Notes under the pieces: generated by a model | Databases searched by the model: none | The model's input: the letters and a program-made list of their open reading frames with translations, nothing else | What the model was told of the DNA's origin: nothing | NCBI RefSeq assembly: GCF_006345805.1 | Contig: NW_021833378.1 | Span: 1 to 27,233 of the forward strand | Direction: 5' to 3' | From: Octopus sinensis | Lineage: Eukaryota | Length of the DNA: 27,233 nt | Position numbers and translations under genes: made by a program | Part shown: one piece after another, positions 1 through 10,246 of the stretch | How the letters are laid out: every line of letters starts with the position of its first letter | Position numbering within the stretch: the stretch's first letter is position 1

Positions 1-607
1 CTTCCACCACGACCTCAAAACGGCTCCGAAACTTGGTGCATGCGTTCCTCACTGTGCTTCTGGAAAGATCTTCGAGCACTTCTTTGATCTTGGCCACCAG
101 TTCGGCCTTGGCAGTGCGGGTAGAGCTGTTGGTGTCTTTCTCAAACCGCGCCGCGCATAGCATCCATGAGATTACAATCAGGAATATGAGGAGGCTAGAA
201 ATTGGAACTGGTGAAGTTGGAGAAATTCTACGACAACCACCTCTGACTCTTTCCGGAGGAATGAGAAGAAACGAGTCCTGCTACCCTTACAACAACCTTA
301 TCCAGTTGTGGTTTCATCACAATCTCCAGCATCTTCAAATAACCGTTGAATTAAGTTTAAGACCCTGTTTAAAGATGTAGGGAAGAACTCCGGCGTGCGA
401 ACACAGTCAGAACATCTGCTGTGTCCCTTCCGGGTGACCACGACTTCGTAGTCTCCCTTACTGCCGTCCATGTCATGTCTTACAGCTTTTACAGGGTTCA
501 GATAGAACTGAGCAACGGTCACGATGTCGGCATTTTGATGTCCGGTCCGAATCAGCATGGTACAAGGTAACTCTTTACCAATATTCGAGTAGATTCCAGT
601 CATCCAT
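1..607 (-). mobile_element. Decayed Tc1/mariner transposase (maT/DD37D-like), internally deleted
   Basis: Minus-strand translation with frameshifts and stops: N-terminal MDDWN..MLIRTGHQNADIV..VRTPEF joined at ~385 directly to C-terminal PYIFKQGLKLN..GYLKMLEIVMKP..QDS..SGKSQRWLS*NF..NF*PPHIPDCNLMD..EKDTN..KAELVAKIKEVLEDL..RNACTKFRSRFEVVVE. PPHIPDCNLMD corresponds to the WPPNSPDLNPxD motif. Runs off the window edge. Confidence 0.85.
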
Positions 608-699
608 GTTAGCTAACTAACATTTTCTCAACTACAACCTCAACCTTTATGCTCTCCAGCCTTTATGCTCTCCATATGCCTGCAATTTTGAATTACTGC

Positions 700-835
700 T
701 ATACGGGCTTCTCTACAGTTTCCGTCAATTCAGTTTCACTCATAAGATATGGGTTGACCAGAGGTTAAAGAAAATTACAGTTGCCTATGACGTCACGCTG
801 TAGGATCGAATCCGGAAACTTCTTGATCACACTGC
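700..835 (-). mobile_element. Degenerate head half of SINE family 1 (tRNA head + internal microsatellite + tail)
   Basis: ATACGGGCTTCTCTACAGTTTCCGTC...GTAGGATCGAATCCGGAA aligns loosely to better copies at 15430-15580 and 21731-21897. Confidence 0.55.
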
Positions 836-1500
836 GCCGTGTATGCGCGAGGGCCCGCCTGTATCATTTGCTGATGTATATCGGTTAGAGTTTTATACAG
901 ACTCAGAGCGGACCTTGGAACGGGGTGGGAAGTTATTAAGTCACTGAAAAGGTCGTAAATAGCGACGAAAGGACTTTGACTGACAAACGACCGATTGAGT
1001 GTTTAACCGATACATTAAACAAACGATCGCTTAGGTTTGTTGGTTAGATATTTAAACAACTGAATAAAGAAGTGGAATTGAACCTGTGCGTGTGGTATCG
1101 TTATTTATGTAATGGCCCTCCCAAGACACAACAAAATTTCATTCATCAGTAAAATAAATAAAAACAAAGACCGTCAATAAACTACTGTGTTCGAACAAAA
1201 CTTCCCTTTAGTTATTCGGTCCAAATTGCACAGACATTGCATTCTGATTCCCGCCATGTGAAGTAGCGTGAACCAATCTCTGGCTTGTTGGAAACTTAAT
1301 AACTGGGCTATTGTCAAACACATTGCATGATATCAAATGGAATTTTTTTTTTTAAAAAGGAAATAAAATAGAATAAAAGAAAAGAAAGAGGAGTGGTAAA
1401 ATCTAGTTTCTGAGAAGAATAGGTCCGGGTTAAGAGGCAAACAACAAATGGATGTGCGGCAGCTGTAGCTCAAGTGTCATGCCTGACTGAGCCCCAAACA

Positions 1501-1540
<40 letters not shown>

Positions 1541-1681
1541 ACACACATACACACACACACATGCACACTTACACTTACAAATACCCGGGTACTTGCTGCA
1601 TAAATCAACCAGCTCCGGTATTTTAAACTTGTGCATTGAAAATAGTTGTTTGTGCGCGCGTTAGAGTGTTTTTGCGCGCGC

Positions 1682-1729
<48 letters not shown>

Positions 1730-1760
1730 ATGTGTGTGTGTGCGTGTGTGTGTGCGTGTG
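1501..1760. repeat. (CA)n and (CG)n(TG)n microsatellites in opposite orientation
   Basis: Direct reading; source of ORFs 1430-1848. Confidence 0.95.
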
Positions 1761-1889
1761 TAAGCTTGAGTATGTGTCTGTTCTTATGCTCGCCTTTATT
1801 ATTAAAAAAAAAACCCATAAATGGTTGCTGACATAGGTGCAAAGTCATAAATTTGAGTAAAGTTGTTAGGGTTAGTCATTTAAATCCTC

Positions 1890-2030
1890 CACAGTACTTG
1901 GCGAGTGTTTTTGCTTTTATCGAACCCGGAAAGATAAAATGCGAGATTTGAACACCGAACGTAAAGAGCAAGAACAAACACCGCAAAGCGTTTTCTCTCT
2001 GACACGTTAGCGATTCTGCCAGTCAACCAC
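1890..2030 (-). mobile_element. Degenerate SINE family 2 copy
   Basis: TTTTATCGAACCCGGAAAG..ATTTGAACACCGAACGTAAAG..GTTAGCGATTCTGCCAG resembles family 2 reverse copies at 11668-11897 and 24886-25112. Confidence 0.5.
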
Positions 2031-2054
2031 CATCACCATCACCATCACCAACTT

Positions 2055-3720
2055 ACACTGGAAAGAAGGAACTCTGGTGGAAGTGAAGGGCCGAGAGGCT
2101 AATTAAGCTCCACAGAAAAGAAGTTAATCAACTTTACTACCTGAAAGAAGGTAAATTACGAAACGAAAAACCTCCTCAAAAACGCAGTCTCTTCTAGGCT
2201 GTGAAGCGGAATAACGTAACAGTAGTAACTGAAGAGGTTAAACAGCATACGGCAGGAAACAGAGAGAAAAATAAATGGAATGAAAGAAGAAGAGATAAAT
2301 TCCGACAAAAAGAGACTGTTCCCAAACAACCAAAACAGATTGTTCGAAAAACTAGAAGTGATTGAGAAGGGAACTGGCGTAATCTTAGGGGCAGAGGGGA
2401 GCATAACGTTCTGGGCTTAATAAATGGGGTCCGCAAAAAGATTGCTATAAAAAGGCAGCATGGTTAAAGCAAGTGAATGGTAGTCTCTCGTAACCTGGGA
2501 AAGACGGTTCTGCAATTTCTTACCCAACAAGCAGCACAAATGATTTGTTTTTCGGGATCAAATGTATGTACTGTGCGTTAGTTCAATCCCTCCACCAAAC
2601 CGATGATACCCGAACAGGTGTCAGGCGTCAGGTGTTGAAGTAAATGCAAAACAACGCGAGATGAAGTGTTTTGCTGAAGAATACAAAGCACCACCTGGTC
2701 GAAGAATTGAAACCACGACCTCACGATCATGAGAGCAACACCCTAACCACTGGGCCATGCGCACTCGACATAAAGTAGAGAGAGGGGGAATGGAGAGAGA
2801 GAGAGAGAGAGAATCAGATTAGGGTATTTCGAATATTCCTCTTGAAACAGATCAGGAAATTACCCAACTGGAAGCCATTTGGTTCAGATCGGGTTCAAGG
2901 ATTTTGGTATAAGGATATGACGGATGGAGACATGCTAGCAGAAATGATGGATCAATGCTCAAAATTAAAAAAAAGGGACTTGTTTCCGATTGGCGAACTA
3001 AATGGAGATGAACACTTCTCATGAATGAAAAGAAGAAACTGTCACCTAATCACTTGTCTCCCAAAACAGGGAAGAATATTCACAGGAATATTTGTCCAAG
3101 AGATATATGACCACCTGGCTGAGAAGGGCCTCCTACCTACAGAGCAAAAAGCTTTGGGAAAGCAATCCAGAGGCACCAAGCACCAATTTGTGATGGATAC
3201 AATGATTATGAGAAATACAAAAGGAGACAAACTGGACCGCCAATGGCGTGGATGGACAACAAAAAGGCTTTTGACATGGTCCCCCACTCGTGGATCATGA
3301 AATGCCTGGACCATTTCAAAATTGTTCCGAAGATAAAGAATGTGACTGGAAGCAGAATGAAATCCTAGAGAATTGACCAAACATTTCGTGAAAAATCCTT
3401 ATGGTCTGTAGAAGTAAATATGTCTTTCAAGGGAATAGCCTGTCACCCATGACACCTATTCTATTAATATTACCGCTGATGCCCATGTTACTTGGTCTAA
3501 AACAAAGAGACACGCGTGTGTGCAGAGCAGCAATTCCGTCACACATATGTGAATGAGACTCTAAATTGAGTTGCACTTGAGTTTCGTAGACGTTCTGCAG
3601 TTAGCACTGAAACAATCTTAGAGTTTAGGATACAGTTTTGGCAGTGATAGACATATGTGAAGTTGCTAAATAGATAACAAGAGATAGTGAGGCCTCGCCT
3701 TTGTAGCAAGTGAGATCTTT
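2055..3720 (+). mobile_element. R4/Dong-clade non-LTR retrotransposon fragment (pre-RT region and RT), pseudogenised and interrupted at ~2480-2810
   Basis: Translations: WWK*RAERLIKLHRKEVNQL; KRLFPNNQNRLFEKLEVIEKGTGVILGAEGSITFW; KAAWLKQV; IRKLPNWKPFGSDRVQGFWYK; LITCLP..EIYDHLAEKGLLPTEQK..KQSRGTKHQFVMDTMIMRN; MAWMDNKKAFDMVPHSWIMKCL (from 3243); FQGNSLSP. These are R4-type RT motifs (LPNWKAPGPDG, DYKKAYDMVPHSW, QGDSLSP). Confidence 0.85.
2620..2766 (-). mobile_element. tRNA-derived SINE family 3 (tRNA head + CORE-like box) inserted in the R4-like LINE
   Basis: Reverse strand GCGCATGGCCCAGTGGTTAGGGTG (box A) ... GTGGTTTCAATTC (box B) ... CAGCAAAACACTTCATCTCGCGTTG; similar to 17780-17958 and 11996-12240. 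Confidence 0.7.
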
Positions 3721-3984
3721 TAACTGCGTGTTATTCGCGAGTAGGGAGTGCTTTTTGATAATTTAGGAAAGCAGACTTTGAAAACAAAATTCTTTCCTGA
3801 GCAGAGCAGTGAAGCAGGTGTAAATATTGAGTTACGTTCTACATTTTATGATCTGCTACCTACATTTTGTGCATAATTGCAAACGATTGTTCTCAAGTAT
3901 CGATGCGTTCATTGTTTTCAGACACATTCGCATTTCTGTATGTGTTTATGTAAACACGCCTACAGACGTATAGATATATGCGTA

Positions 3985-3992
3985 TACACATA

Positions 3993-4041
<49 letters not shown>

Positions 4042-4374
4042 ACACACACACATACAGAGAAAAGAGAAGAGCTAGATTATACATACATGTATCTGTTTAT
4101 GTAAACATGTAAACAGACGTAGATGCGTAAATACATGTGGATATATATATATACACACATACGCATACACACATACACATATATTCATATATATATACAC
4201 ATATGCATACATAGATACAAACATACATACATACATACACACACATACATACATGCATGCATGAATACATACATACATACATACATACATACATACATAC
4301 ATACGTACATACGTACATACATATATACATATACATACATTCGGAAAAAGAGAGGACGTGCTAGAATGTGCCTT

Positions 4375-4405
<31 letters not shown>

Positions 4406-4545
4406 TATTACCACACACCAACACACACACACATATATATATATATTATACATATATATATTATATATATCATATATATATATATATTACTATATATATA
4501 TATATATATTATATATATATATATATGCATGAGTATGTGTGTGTG
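3985..4545. repeat. Compound (CA)n/(CATA)n/(TA)n microsatellite
   Basis: Direct reading. Confidence 0.95.
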
Positions 4546-4747
4546 TGTCCCTCACCACCGCTTGACAAGCAGTGTTTACTTTTCACGTCTCACAACGTAA
4601 AGGTTTGGCAAAAGACACCGATAGAATTAGTAGCAGACTAAACAATCGGCTCTGAGGTCGATTTGTTCGACTAAAAACTCTTCGAGTCAGTGTTCCAGCC
4701 ATGGCTGCAGTGTAATAACTGAAACAAGTAAGCGACAGAGGATAGAG
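4540..4747 (+). mobile_element. SINE family 1 tail half
   Basis: CCACCGCTTGACAA..GGCAAAAGACACCGATAGAAT..GAGGTCGATTTGTTCGACTAAA..TGTTCCAGCCATGGCTGCAG..ACTGAAACAAGTA matches 19530-19750 and the reverse of 16856-17040. Confidence 0.7.
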
Positions 4748-4914
4748 GATCGCAGATAAACTCTTTCAATCCTACATACGTAATCCAAAGATGTGGCATC
4801 GAAACTTCTCATTTCATTTCAGTGGTTTTGTTTGTCAATTGTTAATATTTCATGCAATTTTTGTTCAGGATCTTGATCTGGGATGAAAAGTTACTTCTCT
4901 CTTTTCTTCAACAG

Positions 4915-5038
4915 GTTTGACTCCACGGGTCACTTCAGCCATTATGGACACAGCGAAAAAGTGCCAGAAAGCGGCTGTGTCCGACAATCACTTAAGGGAT
5001 TATATATAGATGGCTTGTGTGATGATACCTCGTTTTGA
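4915..5038 (+). CDS. Candidate terminal coding exon (unconfirmed)
   Basis: Strong acceptor CTTCTCTCTTTTCTTCAACAG at 4894-4914; phase-1 frame FDSTGHFSHYGHSEKVPESGCVRQSLKGLYIDGLCDDTSF* to TGA 5036-5038; AATAAA at 5269. No homology recognised. Confidence 0.25.
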
Positions 5039-5388
5039 TATCTACGATGTTTTATTTGCCTCGCTGATAGAAGCAGGTGTTATAGATTAGAAGAGCGCCT
5101 TGTTGATACAGCTGAAATAACTAAAGTTTTGTTGTTCTTGTTGTTTTGTTACTATCAGAGTGATCTTGAGGCTGGGGCGAGTCTCCTTTTTTCTTTCTAG
5201 GTTGTAAGAATTTCGATCGTCCTTATTGACGTAGCGCAAACACTTTGGATTAAATGAACAACAAAATCAATAAAAAATTATATTAATCAGATAAATTTGA
5301 GGGGAAAAAGGTGAAACTTTATACAACCATAATTTAGCACAGAGAAATATAAAAGCGTCTCCTGCTTGAGATTCTATCAGTCACAGGT

Positions 5389-5518
5389 AATGGCTACGGG
5401 GTGAAGAGGCTTGCTTTGCAGCTTTGTGGTTTTTGGGTTCAGTCCACCGTGAGCAAGTGTCTTCTACTATAGCTCTGAGCCGACTGACGCCACGGAAACT
5501 GTATCGAAGCTCGTCGTG

Positions 5519-5520
<2 letters not shown>
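5389..5520 (+). mobile_element. SINE family 1 head half (degenerate)
   Basis: TGGCTACGGGGTGAAGAGGCTTGCTT..GGGTTCAGTCC..GAGCAAGTGTCTTCTACTATAGC..ACGGAAACTG..AAGCTCGTCGTGTATATA. Confidence 0.65.
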
Positions 5521-5550
<30 letters not shown>

Positions 5551-5552
<2 letters not shown>

Positions 5553-5670
5553 CTTTAGTTCACCCGAGGCTATAGGAAAAGACAATTGTCCAAGGTGCCA
5601 CGCAGTGGGACTGAACCCGGAACGATGTGGTTGGTAAGCAAGCTACTTACCACACAGCCTCTCCTGCGCC
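5551..5670 (-). mobile_element. SINE family 1 head half
   Basis: Reverse strand GGCGCAGGAGAGGCTGTGTGGTAAGTAGCTTGCTTACCAACCACATCGTTCCGGGTTCAGTCCCACTGCGTGGCACCTTGG with pol III box A/B-like motifs. Confidence 0.85.
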
Positions 5671-5737
5671 TATAGTATATAAATTTAGTTTAATATACAT
5701 TATTTATGGGTTCTCATTCGTAGGGTATTTTTCGATG

Positions 5738-5816
5738 TTATTATTATTATTATTGTTATTATTATTGTTATTATTATTATTAATAATAATATTATTATTA
5801 TTGTTATTATTATTAA

Positions 5817-5853
<37 letters not shown>

Positions 5854-5950
5854 GTTATTATTACTAATATTATTATTCAGGTCACTGCCTGGAATCGAAC
5901 TCGGAATGTTGGGGTTAGTAGCCCGCGCTCTTAACCCCTACGCCATATCC
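5738..5950 (-). mobile_element. Simple tRNA-derived SINE with (AAT)n tail
   Basis: Reverse strand GGATATGGCGTAGGGGTTAAGAGCGCGGGCTACTAACCCCAACATTCCGAGTTCGATTCCAGGCAGTGACC (box A TGGCGTAGGGG, box B GTTCGATTCC) followed directly by ~140 bp (AAT)n; the acceptor stem does not pair, so not a tRNA gene. Confidence 0.8.
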
Positions 5951-6109
5951 GTCAAATGTAAATAAAGTAAATAATGTACATAATTCCTCATTTCTTAAAT
6001 ATAGAACTGTATTAATTTAATATATTCATTACCTATAAATTTTTATTTCTTGATGACTACCTGATAAAAATCATTAACGTGATTTTATAGCTCTATTCTA
6101 TTATATATA

Positions 6110-6113
6110 TTTG

Positions 6114-6182
<69 letters not shown>

Positions 6183-6470
6183 TGTGCGAGCGTGTGTCTG
6201 TGTATCTTTATGTCTGTGTATGTCCAAACCGGTCGACAACCGGTATTTGGTGTGTTTACGTTCTCGTAACTTAGCTACATAGCGGTTCAGCATAAGAGAC
6301 CGTCAGAATAAGTACCAGGTTTAACAAAAAAAAAAAAAGAAAAACAAGGAAGAAAAAGAAAAAGGAAAAGAAAAACCCGTAAGTAGATTTGTTTCGCTAA
6401 ACCTCATTCAAGGCGGTGCCCCAGCATGGCCGCTATCCAATGACTGAAATAAGTGAGAAAAGAAATAGAG
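6110..6470 (+). mobile_element. (TG)n plus SINE family 1 tail half
   Basis: GTCGACAACCGGT..GTGTTTACGTTCTCGTAACTTAG..GAGACCG..GAATAAGTACCAGG..AGGCGGTGCCCCAGCATGGCCGC..AATGACTGAAA. Confidence 0.7.
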
Positions 6471-7004
6471 AAAAAAAAAATGGTCGCTTAATTTGAAAAG
6501 TAGCGAGTTCCGACGACTGAAGTCACACCTGCTTTTTCACGTCCAGTTCCCCGCCTCTTCTGTCGTTTGAATAAATACAAACAAAGCCTGAAGCTCCTTT
6601 AAACGATGGAACACTTCATAGAAATATAGGAAGACATATATTAAAGTAATTTGAGACAGTCCTCAAGGTTTCATTAAAAAAAAGGGTGGGGGTTGTGTTG
6701 AATACCCATTTTTTTTTCAAATAAGTAAGTATTTACATTGCTGACGACGCTTATGTGATTGAAGGAAAATATTCCACGCAAATATACTCAAAAGCGGAAG
6801 GTTTATATGGAGATATAATATTGATATAAATTGATACAAATATGCGACGGACATTTTATTTATTTAGAAGACTTTAGCAGAAACGCCAATAAAGAAGGGG
6901 AAGAAAATCAATTAAACACAATACGCGTGTGTACGGACACCTGCACGCACGCATACACACACATACACGCATACACACGAACTTGAACGTGATTTGAATA
7001 GTTG

Positions 7005-7470
7005 CTTCAAATTTTGGCACAAAGACAGTAATTTCAGGGGAGGGGATAAGACTTTTTTATCGACCCCAGTGCTCAACTGCTACTTATTTTATCGACGGCG
7101 AGCTGGCGGAAACGTTAGTACGCCGGGCGAAATGCGTAGCCGTATTTCGTCTACCGTTACGTTCTGAGTTCAAATTCCGCCGAGGTCGACTTTGCCTTTC
7201 ATCCTTTCGGGGTCGATAAATTAAATACCAGTTACTCACTGGGGTCGATATAATCGACTTAATCCGTTTGTCTGTCCTTGTTTGTCCCCTCTGTGTTTAG
7301 TCTCTTGTGGGTAGTAAAGAAATAGGTACTTATTTTATGGACACCGATAAGAGGATGAAAGGTAAAGTCGACCTGGGTGGAATTTGAACTCAGAAAGTAA
7401 AGACCGACGAAATGCTGCTAGTCGTTCTACGCGACGTGCTAGCGATTCTGCCGCTCGCCGTTTTGACCGT
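7005..7470 (-). mobile_element. Older SINE family 2 copy (tail type 2), split by a nested insertion
   Basis: 7005-7096 (GCTTCAAATTTTGGCAC..ATCGACCCCAGTGCTCAACTG) continues at 7327-7470 (GGATGAAAGGTAAAGTCGACC..ATTTGAACTCAGAA..GATTCTGCCGCTCGCCG). Confidence 0.8.
7097..7326 (+). mobile_element. Young SINE family 2 copy (tail type 1) with 16-bp TSD
   Basis: GGCGAGCTGGCGGAAACGTTAG..GAGTTCAAATTCC (box B)..GTAGTAAAGAAATAGG, flanked by TACTTATTTTATCGAC (7081-7096) and TACTTATTTTATGGAC (7327-7342). Confidence 0.9.
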
Positions 7471-7719
7471 GATTTAAATAATAATAAAAATGTCAAAGTT
7501 TGCTTCAATATAAGTGTAATATAGCGACTGAATGAAGGTGATGTAATGAGAAAAGCTAGAGGTGCTTTCCACCCTCCTCCTCCTAAACATCATAAGCATA
7601 CTATTGCCGGAGAAATAACGTGGCAGTGGTATGTCACTAAAGTAAGTACCTCTTTACCTGAGGGATTTTGCGACTCTTGTTGTATATATGAACAGGACTT
7701 GGAAGAAAAATAAAAGAAC

Positions 7720-7754
<35 letters not shown>

Positions 7755-7908
7755 TGAGCTGAGGCATTAGTAACCATGATGTTCTGTTGATCTGATGAGC
7801 TGGTCTTCTTTATCCGTATACATTTACAAATATAAAATTTATCGTATAATACGTAGCATGCATATTAGTGGAGGCATGTAAGATAATTTGTTATGCACTG
7901 AAATTATT

Positions 7909-7941
7909 ATTACATGAAGAAGGCTGCGAAACGGCCGTAAT
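7909..7941 (+). ncRNA. Degenerate type I hammerhead-like motif
   Basis: ATTAC / ATGAAGA / AGGCTGC / GAAA / CGGCC / GTAAT: stem I pairs perfectly at the expected positions, but C3 is A and U16.1 is C. Confidence 0.35.
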
Positions 7942-8049
7942 TCTAAGGATGGCAAGTGTTTAAATACTTATATTCACCTGTCTTGCTTCCTGATTTTTAT
8001 GGCTTATATATATATATAATATATATAATATATATATATATATATAATA

Positions 8050-8188
8050 AAATACAAAATGGGACAGGAACGCAAAACATCCGGACAACTAGGTGATACA
8101 AAAAGGGGCAACACAACATCCAGATAGACGATACAAGGACGGGTCGTTCGAAGCCTTTTATCTTCAGTCAAGAACCGGATCATCCTCG

Positions 8189-8243
<55 letters not shown>

Positions 8244-9286
8244 ATATTATATATATATATATGTGTTGTAAACAGTAAAAAATAAAAAATAAATACAGAC
8301 ATGGACAAGAACATGAAACACCAAAGAGACGACACAAGAACCACAGGACGGGACATTCGAAGCCCTCAGTCATCAGTCAAGAACCAGATCATCTTCGCAA
8401 TTTCGGCTGATTAATCTTGAGATTGCTCCGATCTGGGCAGCCCCCCAAAGGAAAATCTAAGCCAAGCGCATTAGATCCCTTGGAAGAAAGCTTCGAATGT
8501 ATACAACACGAGGACGGAAAACGAACGAAGTACACGAACAAAAATACATAATACGTGACACCAATAAGGAAAGCACGAATAAGAATACAAAAACGTAAAA
8601 ACAATAACGGTAAAGATAAAAAACAAAACAAAACCAGGACGTAGGACAAGGGTCTTTCGACAGGACGAGTTGAGTTGGGGCTGGCTTATGAAGTAGTGCC
8701 TAATGGCCGCAGGGAGACGAACAAATACGTGTTGCTTCGACGACTGCTGGAACGAAAAGGGCGCCCAGCAGTGGCTAGCGGTCACGTGAGAACAAAAGAC
8801 AGGAGAAAGGGACAGATGAAGAGAGAGAGAAGGTGGACGAGGGAGGAGAAGAAAGAGACAGATCGAGGGGACTGGAGGTGAGAGAGATAGAGAAACGTAG
8901 AAGGGGGGGAGGGATGGAGAGGGAAAGAAAGGAAGGGGAATAAGGGAGGAGAGAGAGAGAGAGAAAGAGACAGATCAAGAGTCGTATCAATGCTAGAGAA
9001 AAAATATACTTATCGTATAAGGACAATTGTGGATACGTAGCCGCCGATTATATATGTAAACAGTAAAAAATAAATACAGACATGGACAAGAACATGAAAC
9101 ACCAAAGAGACGACACAAGAACCACAGGACGGGACATTCGAAGCCCTCAGTCATCAGTCAAGAACCAGATCATCTTCGCAATTTCGGCTGATTAATCTTG
9201 AGATTGCTCCGATCTGGGCAGCCCCCCAAAGGAAAATCTAAGCCAAGCGCATTAGATCCCTTGGAAGAAAGCTTCGAATGTATACA
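8050..9286 (-). mobile_element. (TA)n-anchored tandem of Penelope-like non-autonomous units with a pseudo-LTR-like direct repeat
   Basis: 8267-8505 and 9055-9286 are identical except for a 7-bp indel in an A-rich run; 8050-8190 is a diverged paralogue; each unit ends at a TA tract. The family assignment is inferred from architecture. Confidence 0.55.
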
Positions 9287-9897
9287 CATACACACACATG
9301 TGATCCGTGAAATGTTTATTGATTTGATCGGTCAATGTCCGTTAAAATATTATGTTAATATTTTGCTCATTCCCTACCAACATTTTAAATTTTCTCTCTA
9401 AATAAGCAGCGTAATCTTCTGTACTCAAACACCTGTTGGCGATTTACGGAGAATGAATGTACATTTAATACAATTATCTTGACTTTATTTATACTGTTTT
9501 AGACAACAAAACCAAAGCCAAACGAATTGGTTTTCCCTTATCGCTCTCATAAATCAAGAAGTCCGTCTTAAAGTTAAGTTAGTGTTAATATATGTATTAC
9601 AGGAAACATCAGAAAACTAAGCGGAAATAATTATGCAGTGAAGAGGTGGAAAGCAAAGAATGTTAGTCATTATTGAATATCGCTTTGATTCGTCAAGTAA
9701 ATACGGGAGACAACTCGGGACATGTTTCGGTTTTATTACATTTGTTCAGCGAAGTATAAACCTAACTGTGATTGCTAAATAGCAATGTGAAAATCAATAA
9801 AGAAATGTACAGGAAAGTACATTGGTTGGTGTAAAATATATAACTCATACCCACCATATGCACGAAAATAGAATAGTTAAGTTAGAAATAATATGCC

Positions 9898-10243
9898 TAG
9901 CTCTTTTGTCACCATATTTTATCTGAAATACATTACATTTATTTATTTGAAACTAAAAAAGAATTATAATGATATTTGGAAAATTAAAATTAACATGAAA
10001 CTTCGCCATAAGATATTAATCCAGATTACTTTTAATTTTTTGTAAATGTATTTCTGTGGAAATATTCTGTAATTGCATCGATTAATTAATGGAAAATATG
10101 GTAAAATATTTCTTAAACTAGTGTTTGGAACATAAATTAGCATGACATTTCGATGGAAAGTCTTAATTTAGATCTGTTTAAACAGAAAGTTGGTACCACG
10201 CAACCAAAAGTGATCTTAGGGGCTTTGATATTAAAAAGATTAA
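9898..10243. mobile_element. Possible degenerate MITE (TTAA/piggyBac-like ends)
   Basis: Weak terminal complementarity TAGCTCTTTTGTCACCA versus TGATATTAAAAAGATTAA; body resembles a recalled octopus MITE, unverified. Confidence 0.3.
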
Positions 10244-10246
10244 AAA

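Noticed and set aside
33-380. 115-aa + strand ORF
   Set aside because: Antisense shadow of the Tc1/mariner remnant.
644-674. Short tandem duplications (644-674, 12787-12829, ~16523-16565)
   Set aside because: Ordinary slippage-type duplications of 16-25 bp; not CRISPR-like, with no spacer array or cas genes.
5877-5950. Functional tRNA gene (also other box A/B heads)
   Set aside because: Acceptor stems do not pair and the heads run into SINE bodies or tails.
8267-9286. LTR/TRIM interpretation of the TG...CA-bounded direct repeats
   Set aside because: No TSD, primer-binding site or polypurine tract on either strand; the TG/CA ends can come from the flanking microsatellites.
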